Assembly (NCBI GenBank): GCA_043811375.1
Contig: JBDRNJ010000064.1
Location: 72,749-136,748 of the forward strand
Direction: 5' to 3'
From: a bacterium
Lineage (GTDB): Bacteria; Zixibacteria; MSB-5A5; GN15; FEB-12
DNA length: 64,000 bases
Positions 48,930 through 59,216 of this stretch are shown here, one piece after another (position 1 is the stretch's first letter; every line of letters starts with the position of its first letter). The notes beneath the pieces were generated by a model. The model was not told the DNA's origin. It did not search any database and was given only the letters and a program-made list of their open reading frames with translations. Made by a program: the position numbers and the translations under genes.

Positions 48930-50324
48930 TTACTTGTAATGCTGCCGAATGAACTCCTCGGTCTCCGGCAAACCTCCCTGGAGGATGAGGTAACCGTTAT
49001 GCGGCTCACGCTCCGTGATTTCGTGATTGACGGGGTGTCGCATCATGCGCATGACTTCGTCATGGTCATCGGTGTGACCGAGCACCCAGCATAATTTCAT
49101 TAAAGCCGTCTCCGGGAGCATGTTGTCAAGGGGTATTACGCCGATGTCGAGCAGGTCACGTCCGGTGTCATAAACATACATCTGAGTAAATCCCCAGAGA
49201 GTTTGCACGGTCATAACAACGTGAACTCCATTGTCAATGGCCTTTTTCAGGGCTGGATAGAGCGGCTTATTGACATGGCCAAGACCGGTGCCCGCGATAA
49301 CGATTCCCCGGTAGCCTTTCTCCACGTATGCGTCAACCAGGTTCGGGTTCATGCCCGGATAGTAATAGAGGATGGAGACGTGATCATCGTATACGGGGTC
49401 GATGACAACCTTGCGTTGCCGGTCACGCGACAGGTAGTCGTCCGTGAGATATTTGAACTTATCGTTGTGGACAATACAGAGCGGGATATCTCCTAACGTC
49501 CGGAACGTGCTGCGATATGAACTGTGCATCTTACGACACCTTGTTCCACGGTGGAGCAGCCCATATTGATCCGACGTAGGGCCGAACATGCAGATCTGTA
49601 CTTCCGCAATGTCGCCGTGGGCAGCCGCGTTCACGGCGTGAATCAGGTTGATTGCGGCGTCGCTACTCGGTCTATCAGAGCTCCGCTGACTGCCGACTAT
49701 GACAATCGGGACGGGGCTATTCTGAACCATGAACGTCAGTATGGCGGCGCTATGGCCCATTGTATCGGTGCCGTGGCCGATAACGATGCCGTCAGCACCG
49801 GCTTCGATTTCCTCGCCGATCGATTTGGCCAGAGTGATATATTGCTGTGCCGCCATGTTCTCGGAAAATACTCCGAACAGCTTTATTGTTTTCAGGTTGC
49901 AGATATTGGCCAGCTCCGGAACCGCGCCGTACAGTTCGCCGGGCGAGAAGGCCGGGATCACGGCACCAGTCCGGTAATCCAGACGGGATGCGATTGTGCC
50001 CCCGGTTCCGAGGAGCGTTACATTTGGAAAATCAGGATTCCGTGGAAATTCCTTTTCCGGGATTTTATAAATCGCCTCCTTGCGTCCGAGCTCCTCTATC
50101 TTACGAATGCGGTTCACGTTTACGCCGACGTTATAACCGTTTTTCATTTTGATCACGATGTATTTGTCGTTGTGAGATCCGCTACGCGGCAATATGACTC
50201 CATTGAAGATACTACCAGCGTCATTGGTTACGCTCACGTCGCTCCAAACTCTTACACCCCATTCACTCAATTTTCTTCGGGCGAGGCCGGTGTAACCTTT
50301 TAACTCGTCTTTTTCCTGTCCCAT
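48930..50324 (-). CDS. gatD: Glu-tRNA(Gln) amidotransferase subunit D
   Basis: GatD N-terminal domain (K..NGYNVG), TGGTIASRLDYRTG, HGTDT, GSQRSSDRPSSD, KMHSSYR. Confidence 0.92.
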   Translation of the reverse strand: MGQEKDELKGYTGLARRKLSEWGVRVWSDVSVTNDAGSIFNGVILPRSGSHNDKYIVIKMKNGYNVGVNVNRIRKIEELGRKEAIYKIPEKEFPRNPDFPNVTLLGTGGTIASRLDYRTGAVIPAFSPGELYGAVPELANICNLKTIKLFGVFSENMAAQQYITLAKSIGEEIEAGADGIVIGHGTDTMGHSAAILTFMVQNSPVPIVIVGSQRSSDRPSSDAAINLIHAVNAAAHGDIAEVQICMFGPTSDQYGLLHRGTRCRKMHSSYRSTFRTLGDIPLCIVHNDKFKYLTDDYLSRDRQRKVVIDPVYDDHVSILYYYPGMNPNLVDAYVEKGYRGIVIAGTGLGHVNKPLYPALKKAIDNGVHVVMTVQTLWGFTQMYVYDTGRDLLDIGVIPLDNMLPETALMKLCWVLGHTDDHDEVMRMMRHPVNHEITEREPHNGYLILQGGLPETEEFIRQHYK

Positions 50325-50325
50325 A

Positions 50326-52323
50326 TCATTTACATTCAGTGATTCCCTGCGGCTTACTTTCAGCATATTGCCGGAGTTTTTGTTCGATAACTTCATTTAC
50401 TTCCCTGCCCGGTACAATGCCCCTGAGATCAGGCATGACACATCCCATAAGGAACCTGATACGTCCTTCGCAATGTTCAGAGCGCCAGTGATGTTTTTCA
50501 TCGGCCAGTATTAAATCGATCTTTCCAGCCCAGTCCGGAACATTCTCTGCCGGAGTGACTTCATCTATCAACTTGTTAAGCGGTTTCTGTGGATCGTCGG
50601 CCATGCGCATTACCAGCCGCTTCCAGGCATCGAGGATTACAGGCCTGATTGCCACAAGGCGGAATAACTCACAACATCTTTCCTTCGAGATATTGCCCGG
50701 AACAGATGATTTGCGATTTAATCCTTTCAGTTTTTCGCCGAAAAAGAAACATGCTTGCCTGAGATCAGCCCCGGCTTCCTCGACAACGAGGTCCACCAGT
50801 GCGGCCCCGCCTCTCCGGATGAGGTAATGAATAGTGCTGAGGGGAACGCCGACAGCACTGTATTCCGCTTCCCTAACCCACGGTGGTGGCGGCAGGTCGG
50901 CGTTGAGTCTCTCAACACGGTCACGTGTAACTTCGATTGGCGGGCTGTCCGTATCCGGATACATGCGGTCGGGTCCTGGAAGGATACGCTCGAAATCGGT
51001 GCTCCCGTCCTCGAAAGGCTGGCGCGTTTCATTTGGCACCCCGTCAATAGCATCCTCGTAACGAATGCGGATCTCCTCCACCGCTGTTATTGTGTCCTGC
51101 AGAGGTCCCCATACCACCACGAGCGAATCATCGGTGTTAAGGCCAATTTCTTTTACGAACGATTCCAACTCGGTATCCGAATCCTCGTATTCAGGCCACT
51201 GCTCGCAGTGGACCAGTATGGGCGGTTCATCGAGGGCGGCGATTACCCTTATCCGTCCCGCAAGCTCATCGGCGAACGTACGGTTCGGCTGGGTCGGCCA
51301 TGCGAGTGTACCGGCGAGCCCGGTCAGTCTCACTGCTCGAACGCAGAAATTTCCCTCGCCGCATGCCAGCTCAGGTAGTTCCATCTTTGCGACCCTCTTT
51401 TCCCAGTGTTCCTTCCTGAGAAACGGCAGCTTAGATTTGGAACACAAAGAGGTGACGTCTGCATGAGTGATTTTGATATCTTCAGGCGCCTTGAATCCGC
51501 GCCTGTTGAGGTCATCCCTTAACTCGAGGAGGTTCTTCTGGCGCACGGCCTCGCCGTGGACAAGCTTCTTAGCCCAGCCGGCACGCGGGACACCCTTGAT
51601 TTCCACCCGCCGACCACCGCGAATCGATACGTTAACGTCCTGCCTGCTCGCACCGATGCCTGTCCTGACGTGCCCGGTGCTCCTGCAGACTCGTCCGATA
51701 AGAAGGATCGCCTCCACGACTTCTTCGGGTGTCCGCAGGTCCGGACCCGTAACCGTCTCGATCAGCGGCATGCCGAGGCGGTCGGTTCGCCAGACGATGA
51801 GATGCCCCTGGTCGGAAACCTCACGGCAGCTGTCTTCCTCCATGCTGACCTGCAGAATCGAAAGTTCCCTGCCACGGAAGGGAAGCCTGCCGTTTACCCC
51901 CACGATGGTAGTCCTTTGGAATCCGGTCGGAATCGAGCCGTCAAGATACTGCTTGCGGGCGATATGGACCTCATCGACTATGTCGCATCCAAGCATGAGG
52001 CACTGTTCAATAGCAATATCCAGAGCCTTCTGGTTCACGAGAAACGGCGGCGTGTCATCCATCTCATAGGTGCAAACGTTGCTCTCATGTAGAAGGTACA
52101 TAATATTCTTTTTGGTTTTGAACTCCATGAGAGCCGTTCCGTCGTATTCACCGAACTCCGACAGCGTCGGCCTCATGTGACGTATTAATATGCCGTCATG
52201 TTCCCTGGTGTAAACGCCCGCGGGACACCGACAGAACATCTTGTGCACCGTGTCCAACTGTTGATGGACTTCCAGCCCGGTAATCAGGCCGATTTCAGTA
52301 TAGTCGAGTTCTTCACTCACCAT
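50326..52323 (-). CDS. gatE: Glu-tRNA(Gln) amidotransferase subunit E
   Basis: GLEVHQQL, RPTLSE.GE.D, RKQYLDGSIPTGFQRT, EEDSCR, RQDVNVSI, EIKGV, insertion domain, RMYPDTD. Confidence 0.92.
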   Translation of the reverse strand: MVSEELDYTEIGLITGLEVHQQLDTVHKMFCRCPAGVYTREHDGILIRHMRPTLSEFGEYDGTALMEFKTKKNIMYLLHESNVCTYEMDDTPPFLVNQKALDIAIEQCLMLGCDIVDEVHIARKQYLDGSIPTGFQRTTIVGVNGRLPFRGRELSILQVSMEEDSCREVSDQGHLIVWRTDRLGMPLIETVTGPDLRTPEEVVEAILLIGRVCRSTGHVRTGIGASRQDVNVSIRGGRRVEIKGVPRAGWAKKLVHGEAVRQKNLLELRDDLNRRGFKAPEDIKITHADVTSLCSKSKLPFLRKEHWEKRVAKMELPELACGEGNFCVRAVRLTGLAGTLAWPTQPNRTFADELAGRIRVIAALDEPPILVHCEQWPEYEDSDTELESFVKEIGLNTDDSLVVVWGPLQDTITAVEEIRIRYEDAIDGVPNETRQPFEDGSTDFERILPGPDRMYPDTDSPPIEVTRDRVERLNADLPPPPWVREAEYSAVGVPLSTIHYLIRRGGAALVDLVVEEAGADLRQACFFFGEKLKGLNRKSSVPGNISKERCCELFRLVAIRPVILDAWKRLVMRMADDPQKPLNKLIDEVTPAENVPDWAGKIDLILADEKHHWRSEHCEGRIRFLMGCVMPDLRGIVPGREVNEVIEQKLRQYAESKPQGITECK

Positions 52324-52409
52324 CTTACCAGCAATACTTTAACCGTCTCGAAACCTGCGGCCAGGCCATGCGGTTACGCTCGTGACGTCTTAAGGTAGCA
52401 CTAAGTTCC

Positions 52410-53924
52410 CTAACCGCAGTGAATACTGTCCGTTATAAGTTTTGAGAGTTGTTTTCTGTTTTTTCGCAGGGACCGTGCAAGGTTTTTATCATTGTATGAA
52501 CGGAGCCTGGAAATGAGTATGTCTATCAGCGCAGGGGGGAACACTCCGAGCTTCTCATACACTTTACGGTTGTCTTCTAGTTTGTCCGCACTCTCGCTGC
52601 AGGAGCAGGGCAGAACAGCGGTTTTGCTTGTCGTTTTTCTGTTCTGAAGGTTCTCGATGCGTTGCATCTGCGCGAGTTCAATTGCCCCTTTGTCTTTAAG
52701 ACCCGACCTCAATGCAACGAGGATGCCCGCGATAGTTAAGTGCACGTTGGCTGAGCCGTCCGGCAGGCGGAATTCGATAGTCTTTCGGTCGATATGTGCG
52801 TTACGCCGGTGCCCTGCTTTCTGGTTTACCACCTCCGCCATCGGCCGTCTGTGCCGCCACCCGAGGGGTACGCGGATAAGTGAACTGCGGTTACCCTCTC
52901 CCCATGTAGCCGTATCGGGAGCTTCCATTCCGGAGAGCAAACGGAGGTAGCTCGTTGGCACGGTGTTGCCGAACGCCGCCAGGCTTGGAGTATGCTTTAG
53001 AAGCCCTCCGATAGAATGGAGGCCTTTTGCGGAAACCTCTCCCGCCTTTGTGAACAGGATGTTGTCCTTGTCTTTCAGAAGTTGGAAGTGAAAGTGCAAT
53101 CCGCTTCCGGCAAGCGTGGTGTCAATTTTCGGGGCAAAGGTGGCGACGAGGTTATACCTGGCGGCAATGTTGCGAACCACCCATTTTCCAATTACGAGTT
53201 GATCGGCCGCTTCAACAGGATCCTTAAGCGTGAATTCGATCTCGTGTTGCTCGCAGAATTTCCCGCCCTCGGACCCGCCTCCAACTTCGGCATGGGCATA
53301 TTTTACACCGATACCGAGCGAAGTAAGCTCATCGATTATTTCGTCCCTGACGTTCTGGAATCGAACGAAGGGCGTGGACTCCTGGTAAAGGGTTTTGCCC
53401 GGTTGACCGGTCCCTTCGCCGGGTCCGATAAGGTAAAACTCGAGCTCCCCGAGGAATCGGGTCGATAAGTTCGTTTCGTGGGCCAGCGCGTTTTTCGCCT
53501 CCATGACGAGGCGATACGGGCAAAGTTCGAACTGACGCTCATCCGCGCCGAAGCATGCGGTCATAAGCACGAGAGTGGGTATACTTGCAAACGGATTTAC
53601 AAAGGCCGTGGAATATCGGGGCACAATGTAGATATCGCTCCTCGTCGAGTTGAGTTGTGGAAAGTGGTTCGAGCCATCCACCCGCTCGCCCATGTCGAGT
53701 ATTTCTTCGAGGCGCGCTTTAGAAGTGATCGGAAAGGTAAGTGTTTTCATCCGCCCGTCACCGGACAGGGGTGATAATGTCAGGAGCCTTAGATTTTTCG
53801 CATAAGCATACCGCACAATGTCCTGTCTCGTAAAATCGCATGGAGGCTTTCCAAGAAACTCAGCGATTGGGTTTGACAGGTTTTTCTTCTTTTTTTTGCT
53901 ACTGTTATTTCTTGCTTTTTTCAT
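52410..53924 (-). CDS. glnA: Glutamine synthetase family protein (type I-like)
   Basis: DGS, GELEFY, HAEVG, QHEIEF, GSGLHFH, NRSSLIRVP, IEFRLPD; start uncertain (53924 or 53960). Confidence 0.85.
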   Translation of the reverse strand: MKKARNNSSKKKKKNLSNPIAEFLGKPPCDFTRQDIVRYAYAKNLRLLTLSPLSGDGRMKTLTFPITSKARLEEILDMGERVDGSNHFPQLNSTRSDIYIVPRYSTAFVNPFASIPTLVLMTACFGADERQFELCPYRLVMEAKNALAHETNLSTRFLGELEFYLIGPGEGTGQPGKTLYQESTPFVRFQNVRDEIIDELTSLGIGVKYAHAEVGGGSEGGKFCEQHEIEFTLKDPVEAADQLVIGKWVVRNIAARYNLVATFAPKIDTTLAGSGLHFHFQLLKDKDNILFTKAGEVSAKGLHSIGGLLKHTPSLAAFGNTVPTSYLRLLSGMEAPDTATWGEGNRSSLIRVPLGWRHRRPMAEVVNQKAGHRRNAHIDRKTIEFRLPDGSANVHLTIAGILVALRSGLKDKGAIELAQMQRIENLQNRKTTSKTAVLPCSCSESADKLEDNRKVYEKLGVFPPALIDILISRLRSYNDKNLARSLRKNRKQLSKLITDSIHCG

Positions 53925-54766
53925 GTTTACCAGTCCAACATCAGACACTAACTGCTTCAAGTTTCAGACCTTATTTGGAATATGAAGGATTGTGAAAGTC
54001 CTGAATTCTATCCGCAGAGCTCCCCCTGCGGATAATTCCATTTTTTGGAATACAAACTACTTAGTAACGAAGCAGGATTTTTCGCCACAAATAGCTTAAA
54101 ACCCTCAAGGGATGTTCACTGAAATTTACAGGCTGGTTGTGAGGTTTTTGCTGACGAATATTACGCCTGCATTTTCCAAAATCACGAAAGTCCGTTAGCA
54201 TCAGGATGCTCTTTTCTTGCCTCTACCCGTGTATCATTGCATAAAATCCATGCTGCAATATTGATTACTAATATATATCACGCAGTAGGGTTGTCAACAG
54301 ATTTCGTTTATTTTTGACCTTCTCCCAAAAAACTGGACCAGTCCAGGTTTCAGAATTCAACTGAATGCGGTTTTGGAGGGAGGACGGCACAATGCAGAAG
54401 AAACGGTTAGCAGACCAGCGGATCACACCCACCGTGTCCCATGATTCCGGATGACAAGAGCTGCACAACTGCGATAGCCGGCGCTTCAGCCTGGTTCTTA
54501 CTCAAGGCCACTGCAAGCCAATCCTCGCTATTGAATCACATTCCGACGCCGTGAGATTGTGGTTATAAGTGAGAAGTGTGGTACAGTTCTGATGTGGGAT
54601 TGGGCGGTCCTTGTGAGATGTCATTACAGGGTAGAGCGGACTCAGCTCTCGTCTGACTCTGACAGGATCTGTCAGCCGTAGAATCACGAGAGACTTTTAA
54701 CTGCAGGATTTCGATATCGAAATTATGGTAAACCTGCAAGTTATTGAATTATTGCCGGTTACGGAA

Positions 54767-54823
54767 TGGCGGGGGGTACGAGACGAGTTCCGCAACTGGG
54801 TCATTCACAATTCGACTGCATGA
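54767..54823 (+). repeat. att-like repeat copy E
   Basis: tggcggggggtacgagacgagttccgcaactgggtcatt...tga, reading WRGVRDEFRNWVIHNSTA*. Confidence 0.8.
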
Positions 54824-54850
54824 TTCATTAGCTGATGCCCCGGATCGGTG

Positions 54851-54970
54851 CTACGGGCACGGTGGCGGTTCCAGTCCACCTGTGAATAGATATGCCACCC
54901 GGTAAGTAATGTCCGCCACGTCTATGGCTCCCGCCGGGCCATCAATACCATCAACGTTACCTTCCGCACG
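54851..54970 (-). pseudogene. Orphan dockerin-like C-terminal fragment
   Basis: AEGNVDG...IDVADITYRVAYLFTGG..PPPCP with no credible upstream gene. Confidence 0.6.
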
Positions 54971-55327
54971 GTGTACAGCTTTCGCCGAAGCAACACATGC
55001 CCGATATTCGATATGGCATGTCTGTCTCGATGATGTACAAATCGAAATACTCATCGCCCGAAACATCGAATACTCCAATCGCGATCGTGTTCTCACCCGG
55101 TACCAGGTACTGTGTAACATCTATTGGAGCTACACTTTGGTGATTATCACAGTTACAAGGGACATTGTTTATGCAACCGGTCTTGCCACATCCGCCGTCA
55201 TACTCACCGATAAAAAGGCCGTTCGCTGTGTTGGATATCTGTTGTCCTCAGGTAATGTGTGCCTTCGGCTTACTACCCTGCCGGCCACCTGTCTTGACAA
55301 ATCACGTGGCCTCTCGTATACTGTCCT

Positions 55328-55897
55328 ATGTCCAAAACTGACGCGGAATTATGGCAGGAGGTTCTTGCGGGAAGCGCTGCCGTATGGAGCGAGCTTGTCA
55401 GGCGATATCAGCCTTTGGTATATGCAGTCAGTATCCGCGCCGGACTATCTGCGGGAGACGCAGCTGATTGCTTCCAGCAGACCTGGGTAAAGCTCTATGA
55501 GAATCGCGAGGATATCCAAAACCCGTCCCGTTTATCGGCCTGGCTGGTCACAACCGCCAAACGCGAGGCCCTGCGTCTTCGTCGCCAAGCGGAGCGTAAT
55601 CGCGGAGAGCTCCTTGAGGGAGAGGCGGTTGACCTGAACCCATTGCCTGATGAGGAGTTGGCAATGGTGGAGCGCCAGATGCAACTGGAGATTGCCATAA
55701 AGGAACTCGCACCACGATGCCGCCAGTTGATTGAACTCTTTTTCTTTGCTCCGGAGAAGCTTACCTATGAACAGATTGCCTCTACTCTCGGCATGTCAAG
55801 CAACAGCCTCGGACCCTTTCGGCGTCGTTGCCTGAAACGCCTCAACGAGATTCTTGTGAGAAACGGTTTTTTAGGGGCACGAAATGACCTTCGGTAA
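55328..55897 (+). CDS. ECF RNA polymerase sigma factor
   Basis: DCFQQTW, WLVTTAKRE, TYEQIA, SLGP.RRRCL. Confidence 0.92.
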   Translation: MSKTDAELWQEVLAGSAAVWSELVRRYQPLVYAVSIRAGLSAGDAADCFQQTWVKLYENREDIQNPSRLSAWLVTTAKREALRLRRQAERNRGELLEGEAVDLNPLPDEELAMVERQMQLEIAIKELAPRCRQLIELFFFAPEKLTYEQIASTLGMSSNSLGPFRRRCLKRLNEILVRNGFLGARNDLR

Positions 55898-55905
55898 GCT
55901 CTGTA
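55879..55905 (+). promoter_or_regulatory. Putative cognate ECF promoter ACGAAAT-N13-CTCTGTA, copy 1
   Basis: Boxes and spacing identical to 60824..60850. Confidence 0.65.
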
Positions 55906-55926
55906 TGTTGGAAGGTTAAAGGAGAA

Positions 55927-56502
55927 GTGGTGGCAAAGCATTTGAGTCGACAAGAGTTGATTAAGGCTGCACGGAAACGTCCATTCGTTTTGGACGGCCA
56001 CCTGAAGTCATGCACGGAGTGCCGGGACGCAGTGATCCTGCTGAAAGCATTCGACGTCTCCGGTTGCCTGCCCCTTCCCGATGCTCCCTCGCCCTGGGTG
56101 GAGCGAGCCGCCTCGCTTGCTAAGAATGTGGGAGTGTTGGAGGGAGTAAAGACCATAATAGCGAAACTGACCTTCGATTCATGGGCTGTTCCACGACCGA
56201 TTGGAGTCCGGGGCCAGAGCTCTCTGGGCGACCGCCGTATTCGTTTTGAGTCCGAGAGCATGGTTTTTGACCTCCGAGCAGAGCGTAAGACTACCGGGTG
56301 GGCATTTGTGGCTCAGGTCACAGCGGAGGGTCCGACGGTTGCTTCCACGATTCTTGAAATCGGGAAAAGAAAGTTACATGCTGACCCTGGCGGTCTTTTT
56401 CAGTGGACAAGCAGCAGACCGCTGACCGGCGTGACTATTCGTTCCGGCAAAACGATTGTTGTAATTCCGGAGATGGTATGGAAGCGACCTCGATCCAGTT
56501 AG
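55927..56502 (+). CDS. Cytoplasmic ZAS-type putative anti-sigma factor
   Basis: HLKSCTEC (HxxxCxxC), no TM segment, LTFDSW..GVRG..RRIRF C-terminal domain. Confidence 0.75.
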   Translation: MVAKHLSRQELIKAARKRPFVLDGHLKSCTECRDAVILLKAFDVSGCLPLPDAPSPWVERAASLAKNVGVLEGVKTIIAKLTFDSWAVPRPIGVRGQSSLGDRRIRFESESMVFDLRAERKTTGWAFVAQVTAEGPTVASTILEIGKRKLHADPGGLFQWTSSRPLTGVTIRSGKTIVVIPEMVWKRPRSS

Positions 56503-59204
56503 CCGTCAAACGATTCCTGAGCAAAGGAGTTATCAGTGGGATCGCCGAGGACGATCTCGCAGCGAACTGCGATAACCTGATCAGGGAGACGGCGCGGCGG
56601 TCTCTCAAGCAGGCACTGACCCTGGCCAAACGGTTTGTCTATAGGTCAGAGATTCGTAACGGCCCGCTGGCTCTGTCAGCCTACCGGGCCTTGGCTCGTG
56701 TCACCCATATGAGCGGCGCTCACGCCGACGCGTTGGACGCCTACTTAAAGGCCCGACAGCTAGCACTTCGGGACCCGCTCGTACGCTCCCGCATTGATCG
56801 GGCACTGGTAGACGTTTATATGTACTTTGGCGACTTCGACAAGGCCAAGCGCTCGGCACAACGGGCAATCCTCGCCTTTGGTCGGTTGAGTGCAGAATCC
56901 GACCTCGCACAGACACGCGTTAATTATGCCAACTTGCTCCATCGGCAGGACCGCCACAGAGACGCGGAACGGCTATATCGACAGGCAGCTGAGTATTTCG
57001 AGACCACTGACAATCATCTGGCCACAGTGCGATGTTACTACAACCGAGCTAACACACTGGTCCAGCTCTTTGATTTCACCAGTGCAGAAGAACTCTATGA
57101 AAAGGCGGCGCGAGTTTACGAAGCGGAAGGATATACGCTTGATGCTAATGACGCGCGTTACGGTCTGGCATGGCTGCGGATGCTGGACGGCGAGTTTCAC
57201 ATTGCACTACTTGAACTGTCTGCCTGTGAGAAGGTCTACCGAGAGGCAGGTGCTCTCCGGGGAGAGGCGCTCTGTATGCTCGACCGCGCTGAGGTCTACC
57301 TTGGGCTGGGTCTATATGCTGACGCCCGTGAGGCCAGTCGGGTCGCCGAACGAATGTTTTTGCGCCTGAAACTTCGCTATGAACGAGCGAAGTCATCGCT
57401 TTATAGGGCTCAGGCAGCCTTTGCTCTGGGGGCGAAGCGTGAGGCACGCACTGCTCTGGAACGTGCCAGGAAGGGCTTCGGGGCTGAGAAGAACCGTGGC
57501 TTCCTGGGTGCAGTTCATTTGCTGGCAGCCGATATGGAAGGGAAGAACGAGGCCCGAAGGAATAGAGAATTAAGGTTGGCTCGAACCAGATTTGCCCGAG
57601 CACAGTTGCCTCTTTGGCAAGCTGTGTGTGACTTGAAAGAAGCCGCCGATCCGACGCGAGCTCGGGCTGTTTTGGCACGACTTAACAATAATGGTGCCGT
57701 CCATCGGGTGCCGCACCTCTATGCCATTTGGCAGACCGCGTCAGGTGACTACAAATTCCGACAGGGTGATCACCCAGCGGCGCGTTGCCACTGGCAAAAC
57801 GCCGCCGATCGGCTTGACGCAGTGCGTGCCCAACTTCCCCCAGTGGAGCTACGGACTGCTTACGCTCGAAAACAGAGTTCGCCTCACGCCCGGCTGATCG
57901 CTTCAGAAATGGACCACGACCCCATGCTTGCGGCGGTTTGGTCGGAGAGGTATAAGACGGCTGGTGTCTGGTCGCAGATCTCCCGGTCCGTCCTGAACCA
58001 GCCGACACGGCAGAAAGCGGAAGAGAGCTTGCACTCCCTGGCGCGCCGCGTAGCGGCCCTGGCGAATCAGATCGGAGGATACTATGGTGAGCGGGGCTTG
58101 TCCGCTCAGACAAGTCACAGAACCCTCTCAAGGTGGCAGAATCAATTGCGCGAAGAACTAATAGCTCTCGAGAAGAACAACGGTGGCAGAGTGGAGGCCA
58201 CAGAAATGCTGGCGCGCGACATACAGGTTGTTTCTCATCGCCTTCCCGTTGTTCAGTTTCACGTGGGAGATGATGAAATAATCGCCTTTGTCCACGACAG
58301 GGGTGAGACTTCGCTCCGCACGCTCAAGCACGGTCGCAAACGAGTCGATCTGGCCATGCGACGCTGGCGATATATTCTCGAAAGCGAGTTGCTTGTCGGT
58401 CATCTTGGTCACGTGAAAGTTTTGGATGCGGAACGGGCTGTCTGGCAGGAGTTGGGCGATTGGCTGTGGGCTCCGCTGGAGGTAAGGAGTGACTCTCCGG
58501 CGGTGTTGATGCTGCCTGAAGGGGAGTTGGCCAATCTGCCGTGGCAGGCCCTCATTGTCGAGGGTAAACCACTGGTGGAACGTCATCAATTCGTGCTTGC
58601 CCCCAGTCTCAGGCATTACAATGCTTCACGCTCGATTCAGGTCAGATCAGACAAAGTCGTGATCTTTAGAGGGAAGGCTGAGAGACTTCCCTATGTAGAT
58701 CATGAACTGGAAGTCCTGGCTGACCTCGCTCAGGGTGCGGCCACTACCAAAAGCCCCTGTCGGCGAGAAGATTGGCCCTCGCACGGGGAATTCCGAGTAT
58801 GGCACTATGCCGGGCACACGGTCTTGCGTTCCGATAACCCATTCTACTCATCCCTGGTTTTGGAAGACGGGCCGCTCTTTGCAGTCGATTTTCGTCTGAA
58901 GGAATGTCAGGTGGGGCTGGTGTCGCTGGCGTCATGCCGCTCCGGGGAGCAGATCACCATGCCTGGCGAGGAAGCTACCGGGCTTGTGCGGTCGTTACTG
59001 GAGATGGGAGCTCGCAATGTCGTAGCAGGACACTGGCCGGTCTCCGACGAAACCACCGCTCTCTGGATGGAATCGTTTTACGGCCGGTTTTTTGAGGGAG
59101 ATAATGTAAGTGGGGCAGTACGTCACGCTGCCCGCACAGTCCGCGAAGTCCATCCATCCGCTTATCACTGGGCGGCTTTCTCCATTTTTGGCGTGGGTGA
59201 ATAA
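56478..59204 (+). CDS. TPR-CHAT (caspase-like) protease
   Basis: Long TPR array; LPEGELANLPWQAL; His in HYAGH; Cys in SLASCRSG; GHWPVSD; HWAAF. Confidence 0.92.
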   Translation: MEATSIQLAVKRFLSKGVISGIAEDDLAANCDNLIRETARRSLKQALTLAKRFVYRSEIRNGPLALSAYRALARVTHMSGAHADALDAYLKARQLALRDPLVRSRIDRALVDVYMYFGDFDKAKRSAQRAILAFGRLSAESDLAQTRVNYANLLHRQDRHRDAERLYRQAAEYFETTDNHLATVRCYYNRANTLVQLFDFTSAEELYEKAARVYEAEGYTLDANDARYGLAWLRMLDGEFHIALLELSACEKVYREAGALRGEALCMLDRAEVYLGLGLYADAREASRVAERMFLRLKLRYERAKSSLYRAQAAFALGAKREARTALERARKGFGAEKNRGFLGAVHLLAADMEGKNEARRNRELRLARTRFARAQLPLWQAVCDLKEAADPTRARAVLARLNNNGAVHRVPHLYAIWQTASGDYKFRQGDHPAARCHWQNAADRLDAVRAQLPPVELRTAYARKQSSPHARLIASEMDHDPMLAAVWSERYKTAGVWSQISRSVLNQPTRQKAEESLHSLARRVAALANQIGGYYGERGLSAQTSHRTLSRWQNQLREELIALEKNNGGRVEATEMLARDIQVVSHRLPVVQFHVGDDEIIAFVHDRGETSLRTLKHGRKRVDLAMRRWRYILESELLVGHLGHVKVLDAERAVWQELGDWLWAPLEVRSDSPAVLMLPEGELANLPWQALIVEGKPLVERHQFVLAPSLRHYNASRSIQVRSDKVVIFRGKAERLPYVDHELEVLADLAQGAATTKSPCRREDWPSHGEFRVWHYAGHTVLRSDNPFYSSLVLEDGPLFAVDFRLKECQVGLVSLASCRSGEQITMPGEEATGLVRSLLEMGARNVVAGHWPVSDETTALWMESFYGRFFEGDNVSGAVRHAARTVREVHPSAYHWAAFSIFGVGE

Positions 59205-59216
59205 GGAGAGTAACAT

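Noticed and set aside
53821..53842. Reverse partial match to the att-like core (ttacgagac)
   Set aside because: Inside glnA coding sequence and lacks the GAGTT half; likely chance.
54070..54090. Sigma-54 promoter for glnA
   Set aside because: GG-to-GC spacing is 11 nt, not the required 10.
54392..54454. 20-aa ORF with strong GGAGG RBS ending in TGA (leader peptide or Sec readthrough)
   Set aside because: No downstream operon, no recognisable SECIS and no redox motif context.
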